Source: a virus
DNA length: 64,000 nt
Strand: one strand, 5' to 3'
IMG/VR virus record: IMGVR_UViG_3300033388_000874
Span: 639 to 64,638 of that record
The stretch's first letter is position 1. Every line of letters starts with the position of its first letter. Under the pieces are notes generated by a model. The model ran no database searches. It was not told where the DNA came from and was given only the letters and a program-made list of their open reading frames with translations. This document shows, piece after piece, positions 10,601 through 19,775 of the stretch. The position numbers and the translations under genes are program-made.

Positions 10601-11053
10601 ATGGGCTTTCTGGCAGGTGGGTACCATTCCAAAGGCTCCGGTGGCGGTGACGGTGCCGTAACGCTCAGCGGTGAGTTTGTATCTAGTGTCTGGACTGACG
10701 AGGTTGGAATCAGGTTCAATTCAGACGGCACCATAGATAGTAAAATCGGTGCCACCTACGCGCAGGTTGATGCTGGCACGGACTGGATTATTCCCAACGG
10801 GGATGCTCCCGGTCTGTACGAAATAATGACTGATAACTGGAATGACATCGGCGGTGATACTAAAGGGTTCGAGAATGCAGCCGCAGCAGAAGGTGTATGG
10901 ATCGCTTTAACTTCCAACCGGGAGTGGACTGTCAAAGGCACTGCTTCTGGCGGTGCTGATTCAAATATAATGCAATTTGATGCGCATATCCGCCACAACG
11001 CCTCACAACCACTCGCCTCGGGCGCGTACGAGATTGAATCCGAACTCGAATAA
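10601..11053 (+). CDS. hypothetical protein between the tail fibre genes (fibre assembly/adaptor candidate)
   Basis: 150-aa ORF, Gly-rich, tightly coupled. Confidence 0.4.
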   Translation: MGFLAGGYHSKGSGGGDGAVTLSGEFVSSVWTDEVGIRFNSDGTIDSKIGATYAQVDAGTDWIIPNGDAPGLYEIMTDNWNDIGGDTKGFENAAAAEGVWIALTSNREWTVKGTASGGADSNIMQFDAHIRHNASQPLASGAYEIESELE

Positions 11054-11068
11054 CCAAAAGGTTCCCTT

Positions 11069-13165
11069 GTGGCTAACACGATAATTCTAAAGCAAAGCCC
11101 CACAGCCTCCAACGTCCCCACGTCGGGTGAGTTGGTAACGGGCGAGCTTGCGATCAATACCGCCGATAAAAAACTCTACTCGAAAGACGCGACTACAGTT
11201 TTTGAGATTGGTGGTGCTACGGCTGCTGCTGATGTTGGGGCGGGTGATCTTCCGTCAGATGTAATCCCATACGTCGCACTCCAAACCGGTAGCTCCGACT
11301 TCAAGGTGCCATTCTTAAATACGACCGGCAATGTTGCTGGCAACTTCGGCCTGCTCATGGACAATGGTGCAGCGCCAACCTATAACCCAGCGAGCAATTT
11401 ATTAAGTTCAGTAAACCTCGCAGGAGATTTCCCTCTCCCGCCACAGATGCTCTATGGGATGGGTGGCGACTACTCCTCAACTGGTGGCGCTGCTACGTGG
11501 GGCGCGACGATCTGGTCACTTGATACATCGTGGAAAGGTGGCGCTGCTGCCGTTAATTCTGTGTCGACCGGTGTCTATGGCCTACGCTGGCTCAGAGCCT
11601 CCCACGCAGAGGCTCACTCTCAGGTAGGCGAGGGGCTGTATGGCTATGTCAACAGCACTCAGTTATGGGGCGCTGGCGAAAGTGGCATTGCTATTTTCAA
11701 TGGTGATCGTTTCTCTGCCTACAGCGTTGGCAATGACAAAGTTGTCCAGATCGTCCACAACGATGTGGATGGAGTGATCGCTGCCTCAAGCTCTGGTGCG
11801 CTGCTGTTTACCACGGCAACGCACTTCTCATTTGATGACGATGTAATCACCACTGGTGGCATGTCTACCACTGGTGCCATCACCGACCACGGTCAGGTTG
11901 GACAGATAGCGCTGATGGATGTGACCTCTGGTGTCTCGCGTTTCGGCTCGTACAACTACGACACCTCTCTGTGGACACCTCTTGGTGTTCACGGCCTCGA
12001 TATTGAATACGAAGCAGCGAGCGGCACCGACTCTCACGTATGGAAAATAGCTTCTGCCGAACATCTCCGACTCGATTCTACTGGCCTAAAGATGCAGTTT
12101 GGAGGTACGACTGAAGGCTTCTTCATCTTCGCCAGTGGCGACCAGACAATTATACGGCCACGAGATGCCGCTGGCACCGCATGGGACTCAACAGCCGATC
12201 TTAGCTATGACAGGTCGAGTAACCGCTGGCGATTTGATACGCCTCTCGACATTGAAGGAGCGATCTATACGTCCACAACCCATGCGAACTGGCAGACTGC
12301 ATACACGTATGTAAACAACCTTACGGCAACCGAAGCTGAACTGAACTTACTCGATCTTTCCGGCTTGACTGCCGGATGGGTACTATCTGCTGATACGGCT
12401 ACAACTGCGAGTTGGAAAGCACCCGCTGGTGGTGGTGGCACCGTCTCAGGCACAGGCACCGATAATTTCCTCGCTGTCTGGAATGGCACGGCTAACATCG
12501 ATGCAACTGGCAGCTTCCTAATCACAAACGCTGTCGATAAGACGGCAACCGAAACTGTGACCGGGGCATGGGGGTTCTCACACGCCACGTTCGGCACGTT
12601 CAACATCAACTGTATAAGCACTACCCAAGCAGCAGCGATTAAGTACAGCAACACGGATGGGGTCAAAGGCTATGCCGGATTCCATGACACATTAGGATTT
12701 AAGGTCTGGAACACCGGAGGGTCAGACTCGGGTTTCGCCGTAAGCATCGCCGGTGCTATCACTGCTGTCAGTTATGGTGGTATCGCGTCGGCTGACCTAC
12801 TCGACAAGGCTGCTGCTGAAGTGGTCACTGGTGCATGGAGCGTACCCTCTCTAATTGTCGCCAAGACTGCCAGCTACACGATGATCCTTACCGACGCTGG
12901 TCAGACCGTGAGATTTACAGGTGCGACTGCATCGAAGGTTTGCACGATCCCCGCGAACAGTTCGGTGGCCTACCCAATCGGCACGATGATCGGAATAACA
13001 AACGATGGCTCGGTGACGATGACCCTCGCGATCACCACTGACACACTGACATGGGGCAAGGACAACACGACCGGCACCCGAACGCTGGCCGCTGGCGCTG
13101 ACTGCGTGATCCATAAGACCACGGCGACCACTTGGAAGATTAACGGCTCAGCCTTGGTGACTTAA
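11069..13165 (+). CDS. tail fibre protein 2
   Basis: 698 aa; N-terminus 'MANTIILKQSPTASNVPTSGELVTGELAINTADKKLYSKD' repeats the anchor motif of 8837..10600; Gly/Thr-rich. Confidence 0.6.
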   Translation: MANTIILKQSPTASNVPTSGELVTGELAINTADKKLYSKDATTVFEIGGATAAADVGAGDLPSDVIPYVALQTGSSDFKVPFLNTTGNVAGNFGLLMDNGAAPTYNPASNLLSSVNLAGDFPLPPQMLYGMGGDYSSTGGAATWGATIWSLDTSWKGGAAAVNSVSTGVYGLRWLRASHAEAHSQVGEGLYGYVNSTQLWGAGESGIAIFNGDRFSAYSVGNDKVVQIVHNDVDGVIAASSSGALLFTTATHFSFDDDVITTGGMSTTGAITDHGQVGQIALMDVTSGVSRFGSYNYDTSLWTPLGVHGLDIEYEAASGTDSHVWKIASAEHLRLDSTGLKMQFGGTTEGFFIFASGDQTIIRPRDAAGTAWDSTADLSYDRSSNRWRFDTPLDIEGAIYTSTTHANWQTAYTYVNNLTATEAELNLLDLSGLTAGWVLSADTATTASWKAPAGGGGTVSGTGTDNFLAVWNGTANIDATGSFLITNAVDKTATETVTGAWGFSHATFGTFNINCISTTQAAAIKYSNTDGVKGYAGFHDTLGFKVWNTGGSDSGFAVSIAGAITAVSYGGIASADLLDKAAAEVVTGAWSVPSLIVAKTASYTMILTDAGQTVRFTGATASKVCTIPANSSVAYPIGTMIGITNDGSVTMTLAITTDTLTWGKDNTTGTRTLAAGADCVIHKTTATTWKINGSALVT

Positions 13166-13419
13166 TGAGTAGTTTGCTGATGAAAAAATTCAGCCTTTTC
13201 GGTGATGCTGGGGTAGCGGATACCGTCACGTTGGAGATCGCTTCCTGTTACGACTCAAGTGATACAGGTGGTGGCGCTAACGCTAGGATTAGGGCTTACG
13301 ACTTAACTAACGCTACGCGAAAGGGCGAGGTATGGAACGAACTTGGTTATCCCTGCTACAAATATCGAAAACTACCAGATGAAGTGGGAGGCTCTATCTG
13401 GGTCAACTCCAAACGATAA
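13165..13419 (+). CDS. hypothetical small protein
   Basis: 84-aa ORF, ATGA overlap with the tail-fibre stop; overlaps 13343..13609 in the +1 frame. Confidence 0.3.
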   Translation: MSSLLMKKFSLFGDAGVADTVTLEIASCYDSSDTGGGANARIRAYDLTNATRKGEVWNELGYPCYKYRKLPDEVGGSIWVNSKR

Positions 13420-13609
13420 CAGCGTGGCTGTCAGTACATGGCAGGCATTAGGCCCAACTGACTTTTTCATTGGTTGGGATGCGCCGGGTGATGATGACTC
13501 AAGGTTTGGCACCGCTACTGTGAGCATACGCAAAGGAACCGGCTCTACACTTGACTCAGCCGTATGGGATGGCGATGTCTCATCCACACCCCCAGAAAAG
13601 GATAAGTAA
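13343..13609 (+). CDS. hypothetical small protein (possibly the 3' part of a frameshifted gene)
   Basis: 88-aa ORF in the +1 frame relative to 13165..13419, overlapping it by about 77 nt. Confidence 0.25.
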   Translation: MVIPATNIENYQMKWEALSGSTPNDNSVAVSTWQALGPTDFFIGWDAPGDDDSRFGTATVSIRKGTGSTLDSAVWDGDVSSTPPEKDK

Positions 13610-14352
13610 TGATACTTTCACACAGCAAGAAGTTTGTGTTTTTTCGCAATGCCAAGTCAGGCAGTACGACTGCACAAGTCATGTTGCGTATGTTCGGAGG
13701 GTTTGACCCAGCGGTTGACATGCTCAGTGGAACACGGGAGTGGTCACTGCCACCCATCAATATCCCCGGCAGCATCGAAGGTAGGACGTACGCGGGGCCA
13801 ACCATCGCCCGAGAGGGCAGGATGAACTGGCACCATGCGACACCGCAGCAGCTTATAGACCGTGGCGTGATAACGCTTGAGCAATTACGTGAGTATGATT
13901 GCTGGGCCTATGTTCGTGACGTACGGTACAGATTTATCTCCGGGTGCATTCATATGTCTAGAAGTGACAGGGGGCCAATGTGGAAGTACGGAGTGAACCC
14001 AGAAATGTTTTTGAAGCGATTCAAGGATAAAGAGAGATTGTTCTCCCCGACTGAAATCATTGGCAGATCACAAAGAGATTGGTTCTTCGTCGGGGACGAG
14101 CAGGTTGTCAAGCCGGTCGTATTCGATAATTACGAGAATGAGCTACGTTTCTTGATCGACAGAGTTGGGGGGTTTCGGCCACCGGAGATACCGAAGCTAA
14201 ACACGGCTCCGCATCACACACGACAGCACATCGAAAAATGGAAAGCGTGGTACGCCGAGGCTTGGGAGCATCCAGAAATTAGCAGTGCCATATTGGAACA
14301 GTACGCCGAAGACGAGGCGTTTTACCAACAAGCAATAGCTGACCGAGCATGA
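13609..14352 (+). CDS. sulfotransferase-family protein (moron)
   Basis: 247 aa; 5'-PSB-like P-loop 'FVFFRNAKSGSTT' near the N-terminus and 3'-PB-like 'YVRDVRYRFISGCIH' (RDPxxRxxS pattern); local GC lower than the flanking structural genes. Confidence 0.6.
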   Translation: MILSHSKKFVFFRNAKSGSTTAQVMLRMFGGFDPAVDMLSGTREWSLPPINIPGSIEGRTYAGPTIAREGRMNWHHATPQQLIDRGVITLEQLREYDCWAYVRDVRYRFISGCIHMSRSDRGPMWKYGVNPEMFLKRFKDKERLFSPTEIIGRSQRDWFFVGDEQVVKPVVFDNYENELRFLIDRVGGFRPPEIPKLNTAPHHTRQHIEKWKAWYAEAWEHPEISSAILEQYAEDEAFYQQAIADRA

Positions 14353-14579
14353 TGAGATACCTAATCATAATTCTTCTCCTGTCGGCATGCACACCCATGA
14401 CTATCGAAGAAAGGGAGGAACGCGAGTATAGGCGGGAGGAGCAGGCAGAAGCGTGGCTCCTGTATAAAGAGTCATGTGTATCCAACGGCGGATATGTCTA
14501 CGTCCAATCACATGGTTCCCTTACGCATGGGGGTGTGCCTGCTCGCGGCGATAGGGCTTACTGCGTTACCAAGCCGTAA
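14349..14579 (+). CDS. small lipoprotein
   Basis: 76 aa; 'MMRYLIIILLLSAC' signal peptide with lipobox LSAC; ATGA overlap with the sulfotransferase stop. Confidence 0.5.
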   Translation: MMRYLIIILLLSACTPMTIEEREEREYRREEQAEAWLLYKESCVSNGGYVYVQSHGSLTHGGVPARGDRAYCVTKP

Positions 14580-14585
14580 TACCGC

Positions 14586-14882
14586 TTGCTCGATGGGGTT
14601 ACGATGGGCTACAATCACCCACTCCTAAAACAGAGAGACAAAACCATGAATAGACAGCAAGTAGAAATGGCCGTAGGTGCTGGCCTTGAATTGCTCGGTG
14701 ATAATTCCGACATCGCGATCCCCGCAAAGTTGCTAAGTGGAACCTTCCTTTTGAAGCAACTCCTACTGGCAATTGGTCAGGGTCAGATGGGCCTCACGCC
14801 CACAGCACAAACACCACCGCAACCGGAGCTTACCCCGGTTGACCCCAGCATCGATCCGCCGGGCGAACCTGAAGAAGAATAA
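14586..14882 (+). CDS. hypothetical protein upstream of the endolysin (start uncertain, ATG at 14647 is an alternative)
   Basis: ORF with amphipathic central segment and Pro-rich acidic tail (TPPQPELTPVDPSIDPPGEPEEE); stop overlaps the endolysin start. Confidence 0.35.
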   Translation: MLDGVTMGYNHPLLKQRDKTMNRQQVEMAVGAGLELLGDNSDIAIPAKLLSGTFLLKQLLLAIGQGQMGLTPTAQTPPQPELTPVDPSIDPPGEPEEE

Positions 14883-15409
14883 TGATCGACGACATCATCA
14901 CTGATGTTATGAAAGCGGAGGGTTGGGACAAGTACACCAACCGACCGAACGACCGTGGTGGCCCTACGAAGTGGGGCATCACACTGAAGGCTTGGAGTGA
15001 GTGGCGAGGGCGGGATTGTTCCGCTGAAGATGTCAAAGCGATCACTGAGCCACAGGCACGGCAGTTCTACGAAACGGAGTACGTTCTGGCCCCTCGCTTC
15101 CATCATTTACCTGAAATGGTTCGTGCTATGGTCATTGACTGTGGTGTGAATCATGGCCCTCGTGCTGCTTCCAAGTGGGTGCAGCGAGCCATAGGAGTCA
15201 GGCAGGACGGCGTTCTTGGCCCTATAAGTATACAAGCAGCCGCAGACTGTAACCCTATAGCTATACACCTGAAGGTAAGTGCGTCCCGCATTAAGCTGTA
15301 CGGAAGGCTCGTCACCAAAGACCCAACACAAGCTGAATTTGCCCACGGATGGAACAATCGTGCGGCTAAATGGCTGGAAAGGCTTGCCCAGTCTCTAACA
15401 GGTGGGTAG
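14882..15409 (+). CDS. endolysin, GH108-type lysozyme with PG_binding_3-like domain
   Basis: 175 aa; 'AEGWDKYTNRPNDRGGPTKWGIT' matches the GH108 EGGYxxDPxDPGGxTKYGIT signature; 'RQDGVLGPISIQAA' matches the peptidoglycan-binding repeat. Confidence 0.75.
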   Translation: MIDDIITDVMKAEGWDKYTNRPNDRGGPTKWGITLKAWSEWRGRDCSAEDVKAITEPQARQFYETEYVLAPRFHHLPEMVRAMVIDCGVNHGPRAASKWVQRAIGVRQDGVLGPISIQAAADCNPIAIHLKVSASRIKLYGRLVTKDPTQAEFAHGWNNRAAKWLERLAQSLTGG

Positions 15410-15418
15410 AATGTTCCT

Positions 15419-15856
15419 ATGAATTGGATTAAGCAACTTTTCGGGTTGGGCGAAATTGCGGGTGAGTACCTAAAGGAACGCCAGAAGCTCAAGAATGCAT
15501 TGAGGCTCGCCAAGCTGCAAGGTAAGATCGACTTGGAGACAGCGAAGTTCCAAGCTAAAGCTGCGCAGCAAAACCACATACAGAATTGGGAGATGGCATC
15601 ACTCGCCAACTCCGGTCTAAAAGATGAAGTCGTTCTCGGCGTCATCCTCCTTCCCTACGTCGGGGCTTTCATCCCTGTCGTACAGGACTACGTTTTAGTA
15701 GGCTTTCAATACCTAGAGCAAATGCCCTATTGGGCAGTCGGGCTGACAGTCACAATCTTCCTCGCGATCTATGGCATCCGCCATAAGAACGCCTCGCGTA
15801 TTCAAGCGCCGGGTCTGCGGGATAAGGATGTGAACGATGCCCCTAGCAACTCTTAA
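15419..15856 (+). CDS. membrane protein of the lysis cassette (holin candidate)
   Basis: 145 aa; N-terminal amphipathic/coiled region then two hydrophobic helices (VVLGVILLPYVGAFIPVV / WAVGLTVTIFLAIYGI). Confidence 0.4.
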   Translation: MNWIKQLFGLGEIAGEYLKERQKLKNALRLAKLQGKIDLETAKFQAKAAQQNHIQNWEMASLANSGLKDEVVLGVILLPYVGAFIPVVQDYVLVGFQYLEQMPYWAVGLTVTIFLAIYGIRHKNASRIQAPGLRDKDVNDAPSNS

Positions 15857-16121
15857 CGACAAACTTAATTTCGGTCTGATCGGTGTCACTGCCTCGGCAG
15901 TGATATGGATGTTTACCCAGTTCGCCTCTGCCTCCGAAGTAGAGGCCATTGCTGTTGATGTTGCCTATGGGCAATACTACGACCGCCTTGATGATTTCGA
16001 CGAAGCAGAGAGTGAAGGCAATGCCCCCCTTGCCGCTGAGTACGCTCGGCAGATGGAGCGACTAAAAGCCAAAATTTGCGAAGCCGATCCCGAGTGGGAA
16101 CGCTGTGATAATCAGGGATGA
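15837..16121 (+). CDS. type-II membrane protein (i-spanin-like architecture)
   Basis: 94 aa; N-terminal TM helix (FGLIGVTASAVIWMFTQFA) followed by charged helical periplasmic part with two C-terminal Cys. Confidence 0.35.
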   Translation: MPLATLNDKLNFGLIGVTASAVIWMFTQFASASEVEAIAVDVAYGQYYDRLDDFDEAESEGNAPLAAEYARQMERLKAKICEADPEWERCDNQG

Positions 16122-16124
16122 GGC

Positions 16125-16373
16125 ATGTCAGATAAAGATGAGAAGGAAATCCTTCAACGGGTTGCGCGGCTTGAGCAGAGGGTCGACGACCGCAAGGAGA
16201 TCGACAAAAAGCGTGAGTCACAGATGGAGTCGATCAACTCCAAGCTGGACAGGATGGAACTTGACCTCGCTAGATACCGAGGTCTTGTTGGTGGCGTACT
16301 TCTTGTGGTTACTGCTATCGTGAGTTTTGCGAAGTTCTTCTGGGAAGACACCATTAAATTTTTTGGAAAATAA
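16125..16373 (+). CDS. small coiled-coil protein with C-terminal TM anchor
   Basis: 82 aa; charged heptad-like N-terminus, then LVGGVLLVVTAIVSFAKFFW. Confidence 0.4.
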   Translation: MSDKDEKEILQRVARLEQRVDDRKEIDKKRESQMESINSKLDRMELDLARYRGLVGGVLLVVTAIVSFAKFFWEDTIKFFGK

Positions 16374-16375
16374 TA

Positions 16376-16902
16376 TGAATGCACAGCTACAACAAAAGAT
16401 GCCAATATACTATTTCCACCCGCCGATCATCAAAGATGGGATCGCGATTGGACTTGAACATTTTTCAGATATGCAGGATGAAATTTATCCTCTGCATGAG
16501 GCGCATTATAACGAGACAGAAGTGCTTTATCTCGATGAGCCATTCAACCCAAATTATGAACGGTACTTCCCGATGGAGAAGGATGGTTCGTTTGTATGCT
16601 TCACCGTCAGGATTGGGTGGCAGATGGTCGCCTATATCCAGTACTATATTTATCAGGACTTGCACAGCCGCACCATTATGAATGGCAGGGAGGACGCATT
16701 CTTTGTGCATCCATCCGCTAGGAGTAAGGGAGTTGCGGGGCAGCTACTTACCTATGCAGAAGAAGCACTGGCGAGGGCAGGATGCAAGTACGTAGGCATG
16801 ACTACCAAGGCACCGTTGGGCGGTGTTGATATTGGGCCGTTCTTAGAGCGGAGAGATTACCGTCCTTGTGCTGTATATTACCAAAAGAAACTCACGGAGT
16901 AA
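16376..16902 (+). CDS. GNAT-family N-acetyltransferase
   Basis: ATG at 16376 after the previous stop (track extends to 16327); acetyl-CoA motif A 'HPSARSKGVAGQLL' and GNAT-like length (about 175 aa). Confidence 0.6.
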
Positions 16903-16908
16903 GAAGCT

Positions 16909-17985
16909 ATGTGTTGCAGTTCCCCACCCGACCCGCCTGATCTTTCTGGTCTTTCTGATGCTAGTGAAGAAGTAGGCCGCATGAATCAGCAGACTGCTCA
17001 AGAGCAGCTTGCTTGGGCACGTGAGCAGGATACGAACAACCGTGCGCTCCTTCAGGAAGTATTGGACGTTCAGCTTCCAGCCATGCGTGAGCAGATGGAA
17101 GTTGCCCAAGCTGACCGTTCCCGGTATGAAGAATTTTACCGTCCGTTCGAGGATGCGTTCGCTGAAGAAGCGGCCAACTACGACACCCCCGAGCGACGTG
17201 AGCGTGAGCGCGGCGGAGCTATCGCCGACGTTAATTCCCAATTCGATGCCGGTCGCCGGAACGCCCTACAGCGTCTCGAAGGTTACGGCGTTGATCCTTC
17301 CAGCACTCGTAACCAAGCACTCGACATCGGTGTACGCACCCAGCAGGCAATGGCGCAAGCCCAAGCTGCTACAGGCGCGACTCGTCGGGTGGAAGACATT
17401 GGCCGGGCGCTGAAGTCTGATGTAATCAATATGGGCCGTGGCGCACTGTCGAACGCGGCTGGTTTCTACGGACAAGCAGTGGGCGCAGGTAGCGCCGCAC
17501 AGGGTAACGCCCTGAACACAACGCAGTCCGGTGCTGGTGCTATCCAGTCAAGTCTTGGATTTTCCAACGCCGCATTATCCGGTTACGGTCAGGCCAGTAG
17601 CATTCAGAATTCAGGATTCCAGAATGAGATGAGTGTGTTTAACGCCGAGCAACAGCAAACCGCTGGCATGCTAAGTGCGGTCGGCGGCGTGGCTGGCATG
17701 TTTATGGCAGATGGCGGTGAGGTTGAGGGGCTTCCCAGTGGTGCTATGGCGGCTCAAGGTCGCGTAGGTGATCCACGTTACGGAGTACCGCAACAGGAAT
17801 TCACACAGGATGGGCCGGTTGATGGCCCCGGCGATGGCTCGGGTATCGATGACCGCGTTCCAGCACAGTTGTCAGAAGGTGAGTTCGTCATCCCTGCCGA
17901 CGTGGTACGTGCTAAAGGTGAGGAGTTCTTCGAGAAGTTACTTGAGAAGTATCACACACCTGCTGCACAACAGAGGGCAAACTAA
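16909..17985 (+). CDS. virion-associated protein (internal/ejected protein candidate)
   Basis: 358 aa; Gln/Ala/Gly-rich low-complexity centre; C-terminal 'ADGGEVEG...GEFVIPADVVRAKGEEFFEKL'; immediately upstream of the giant protein. Confidence 0.4.
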   Translation: MCCSSPPDPPDLSGLSDASEEVGRMNQQTAQEQLAWAREQDTNNRALLQEVLDVQLPAMREQMEVAQADRSRYEEFYRPFEDAFAEEAANYDTPERRERERGGAIADVNSQFDAGRRNALQRLEGYGVDPSSTRNQALDIGVRTQQAMAQAQAATGATRRVEDIGRALKSDVINMGRGALSNAAGFYGQAVGAGSAAQGNALNTTQSGAGAIQSSLGFSNAALSGYGQASSIQNSGFQNEMSVFNAEQQQTAGMLSAVGGVAGMFMADGGEVEGLPSGAMAAQGRVGDPRYGVPQQEFTQDGPVDGPGDGSGIDDRVPAQLSEGEFVIPADVVRAKGEEFFEKLLEKYHTPAAQQRAN

Positions 17986-19775
17986 TGTCAGGTATAGGAG
18001 CAGGTGCGTTCGTTGAAGGTCTACAAGGTGGCATTGCTTCACGTGATGCGATGGATCGCAACAAGCAATTCAAGCAAATGCGTAAGCTCGGTATCACTGA
18101 GAAGAAATACGAGTTAGCCGACAAGCGCGGTATAGCCGAAGCCGATTTAATGATGCAGGCAAAAGAAGGCGGCTATGACTTCGACCAAGCTGGGTTTGAT
18201 GAGGAATGGGCTGCATTCCAAGATGACAAAGACCCGGCCCTCCTCCGTTTCGGTAAGTGGATGGGTGGGAAGATGAGCGGTATGTTCGGCGGTAAGGGAG
18301 AAGAAGGAGGCTCTGAAGCACAGATGGCGATTGCCACTCCAAAAGTCGAGGCTCCAACGCCTGTTGAACGGTTCGGTGCATATGCTGATGGCGGCATTGT
18401 CCCCCATGGACGTTACGCGAATGGTGGTGTGGTTGATGACCCCACTGCCCCACGACCTTACTCTGACCCACGTCGTAGGAGAGAGGAAACTGAATCAGTT
18501 CTATCGGACTTGGCTCGTGCTACTAAAGAGAATGCGTTCGATGACACAGTAAATGTATGGCGCGGAGCCGATGATGCGATGTCCGAACGTAGTCAAGCCA
18601 TCAGTGATGCGGAAGGCCCACGTGAAACGATGGACGCAGTTCGTGGCTGGATGGGAGAGGGCATTAGAGGCACTGCTGCGTTAGGCGCAGGGCTGGTTAA
18701 AGATGTGGTTATCGATAATCCTGTCGTGCAAGGTGCGATGGGGTTCATGGGGTTTGATGGAGAGGGTTCGGAAGCACCCGCCGCAGATCAGGGCATACCC
18801 ACAACTGACGTACCGAGTACGCCGGAAGGTGATGCTATTGGTGCATCTGTTGATGAGCCAGAAAATAAACCCGAAGAAGTCGCACAACAGGCAGTTAGAA
18901 GTGCGGAAGAAGAATTTATAAAGAACCCCAATTACACATTGTTGGTCGATCAGGGCGTACGTCCCGAAGACCTTCCATCCATGACTACACAGGATTGGTC
19001 TGACTATCGTCGCAAGATAACCATGCATGCCATGCGTCAAGGCTCAACCCCGGCTGAAGCGCACCAGATGGTTGATAATCGTGTTACCCAAATGCAAATG
19101 GCTGGGTTCAATCGTCAAGCGATGATTGCCAATAAATACCTCCAGTCTGGACAAGCACGTGAAGCGTCAATGGCGCTGCGTCAGGCTTATCAGTATTTCC
19201 CCAATGGCGTAAGTGTCAAGTTTGGTAATACGGTTGATCCAAAGACAGGGCAGTCAGTCATCATCACTATGGGCGTCGATGAGGAGACTGGGGAGGCAAC
19301 TGGCACTCCTATGATTATCGATGTGAATCGCCTGAATGCAATGGTGGAGAACGCAAGTGATCCTTCCGCATTTCGTTCATGGACAAAGGACGGTCACGAT
19401 CTGCAAATGGAGATCAACAAATTGCAGTCCATCGATGACTACCGACAGGGTACTTTGGACATCGGTGCCTACAGAGCCGAGACTGGTCGTATAGGAGAGT
19501 TGACTGGCGGTGGGCGCGGTGCGATGACTGATGCGGAAGTTCGGCAAAGGAGCGAACTTTACATGAAGGTAGTGAATGAAGCCGGTCTAATGGAAGGTAT
19601 CGAGGGGCTTGATGAGGGCATAAACGCCCGAGCTTTGTATGATGCGATGGCGCAATACGAAAGGGTATCTGGAATAAGGGAGCCAGCTACCGTCGCCCGC
19701 AGAGTGCTTGAGGCTTATCAACTTAACCCCGACACCGGAGTACAAGAACTACTGGCAAACGCACGGGATCAGTAA
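17985..19775 (+). CDS. virion-associated protein (internal/ejected protein candidate)
   Basis: 596 aa; contains 'ADGGIVPHGRYANGGVVDD' related to the motif in 16909..17985 and 59748..60002; ATGA coupling. Confidence 0.4.
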   Translation: MSGIGAGAFVEGLQGGIASRDAMDRNKQFKQMRKLGITEKKYELADKRGIAEADLMMQAKEGGYDFDQAGFDEEWAAFQDDKDPALLRFGKWMGGKMSGMFGGKGEEGGSEAQMAIATPKVEAPTPVERFGAYADGGIVPHGRYANGGVVDDPTAPRPYSDPRRRREETESVLSDLARATKENAFDDTVNVWRGADDAMSERSQAISDAEGPRETMDAVRGWMGEGIRGTAALGAGLVKDVVIDNPVVQGAMGFMGFDGEGSEAPAADQGIPTTDVPSTPEGDAIGASVDEPENKPEEVAQQAVRSAEEEFIKNPNYTLLVDQGVRPEDLPSMTTQDWSDYRRKITMHAMRQGSTPAEAHQMVDNRVTQMQMAGFNRQAMIANKYLQSGQAREASMALRQAYQYFPNGVSVKFGNTVDPKTGQSVIITMGVDEETGEATGTPMIIDVNRLNAMVENASDPSAFRSWTKDGHDLQMEINKLQSIDDYRQGTLDIGAYRAETGRIGELTGGGRGAMTDAEVRQRSELYMKVVNEAGLMEGIEGLDEGINARALYDAMAQYERVSGIREPATVARRVLEAYQLNPDTGVQELLANARDQ

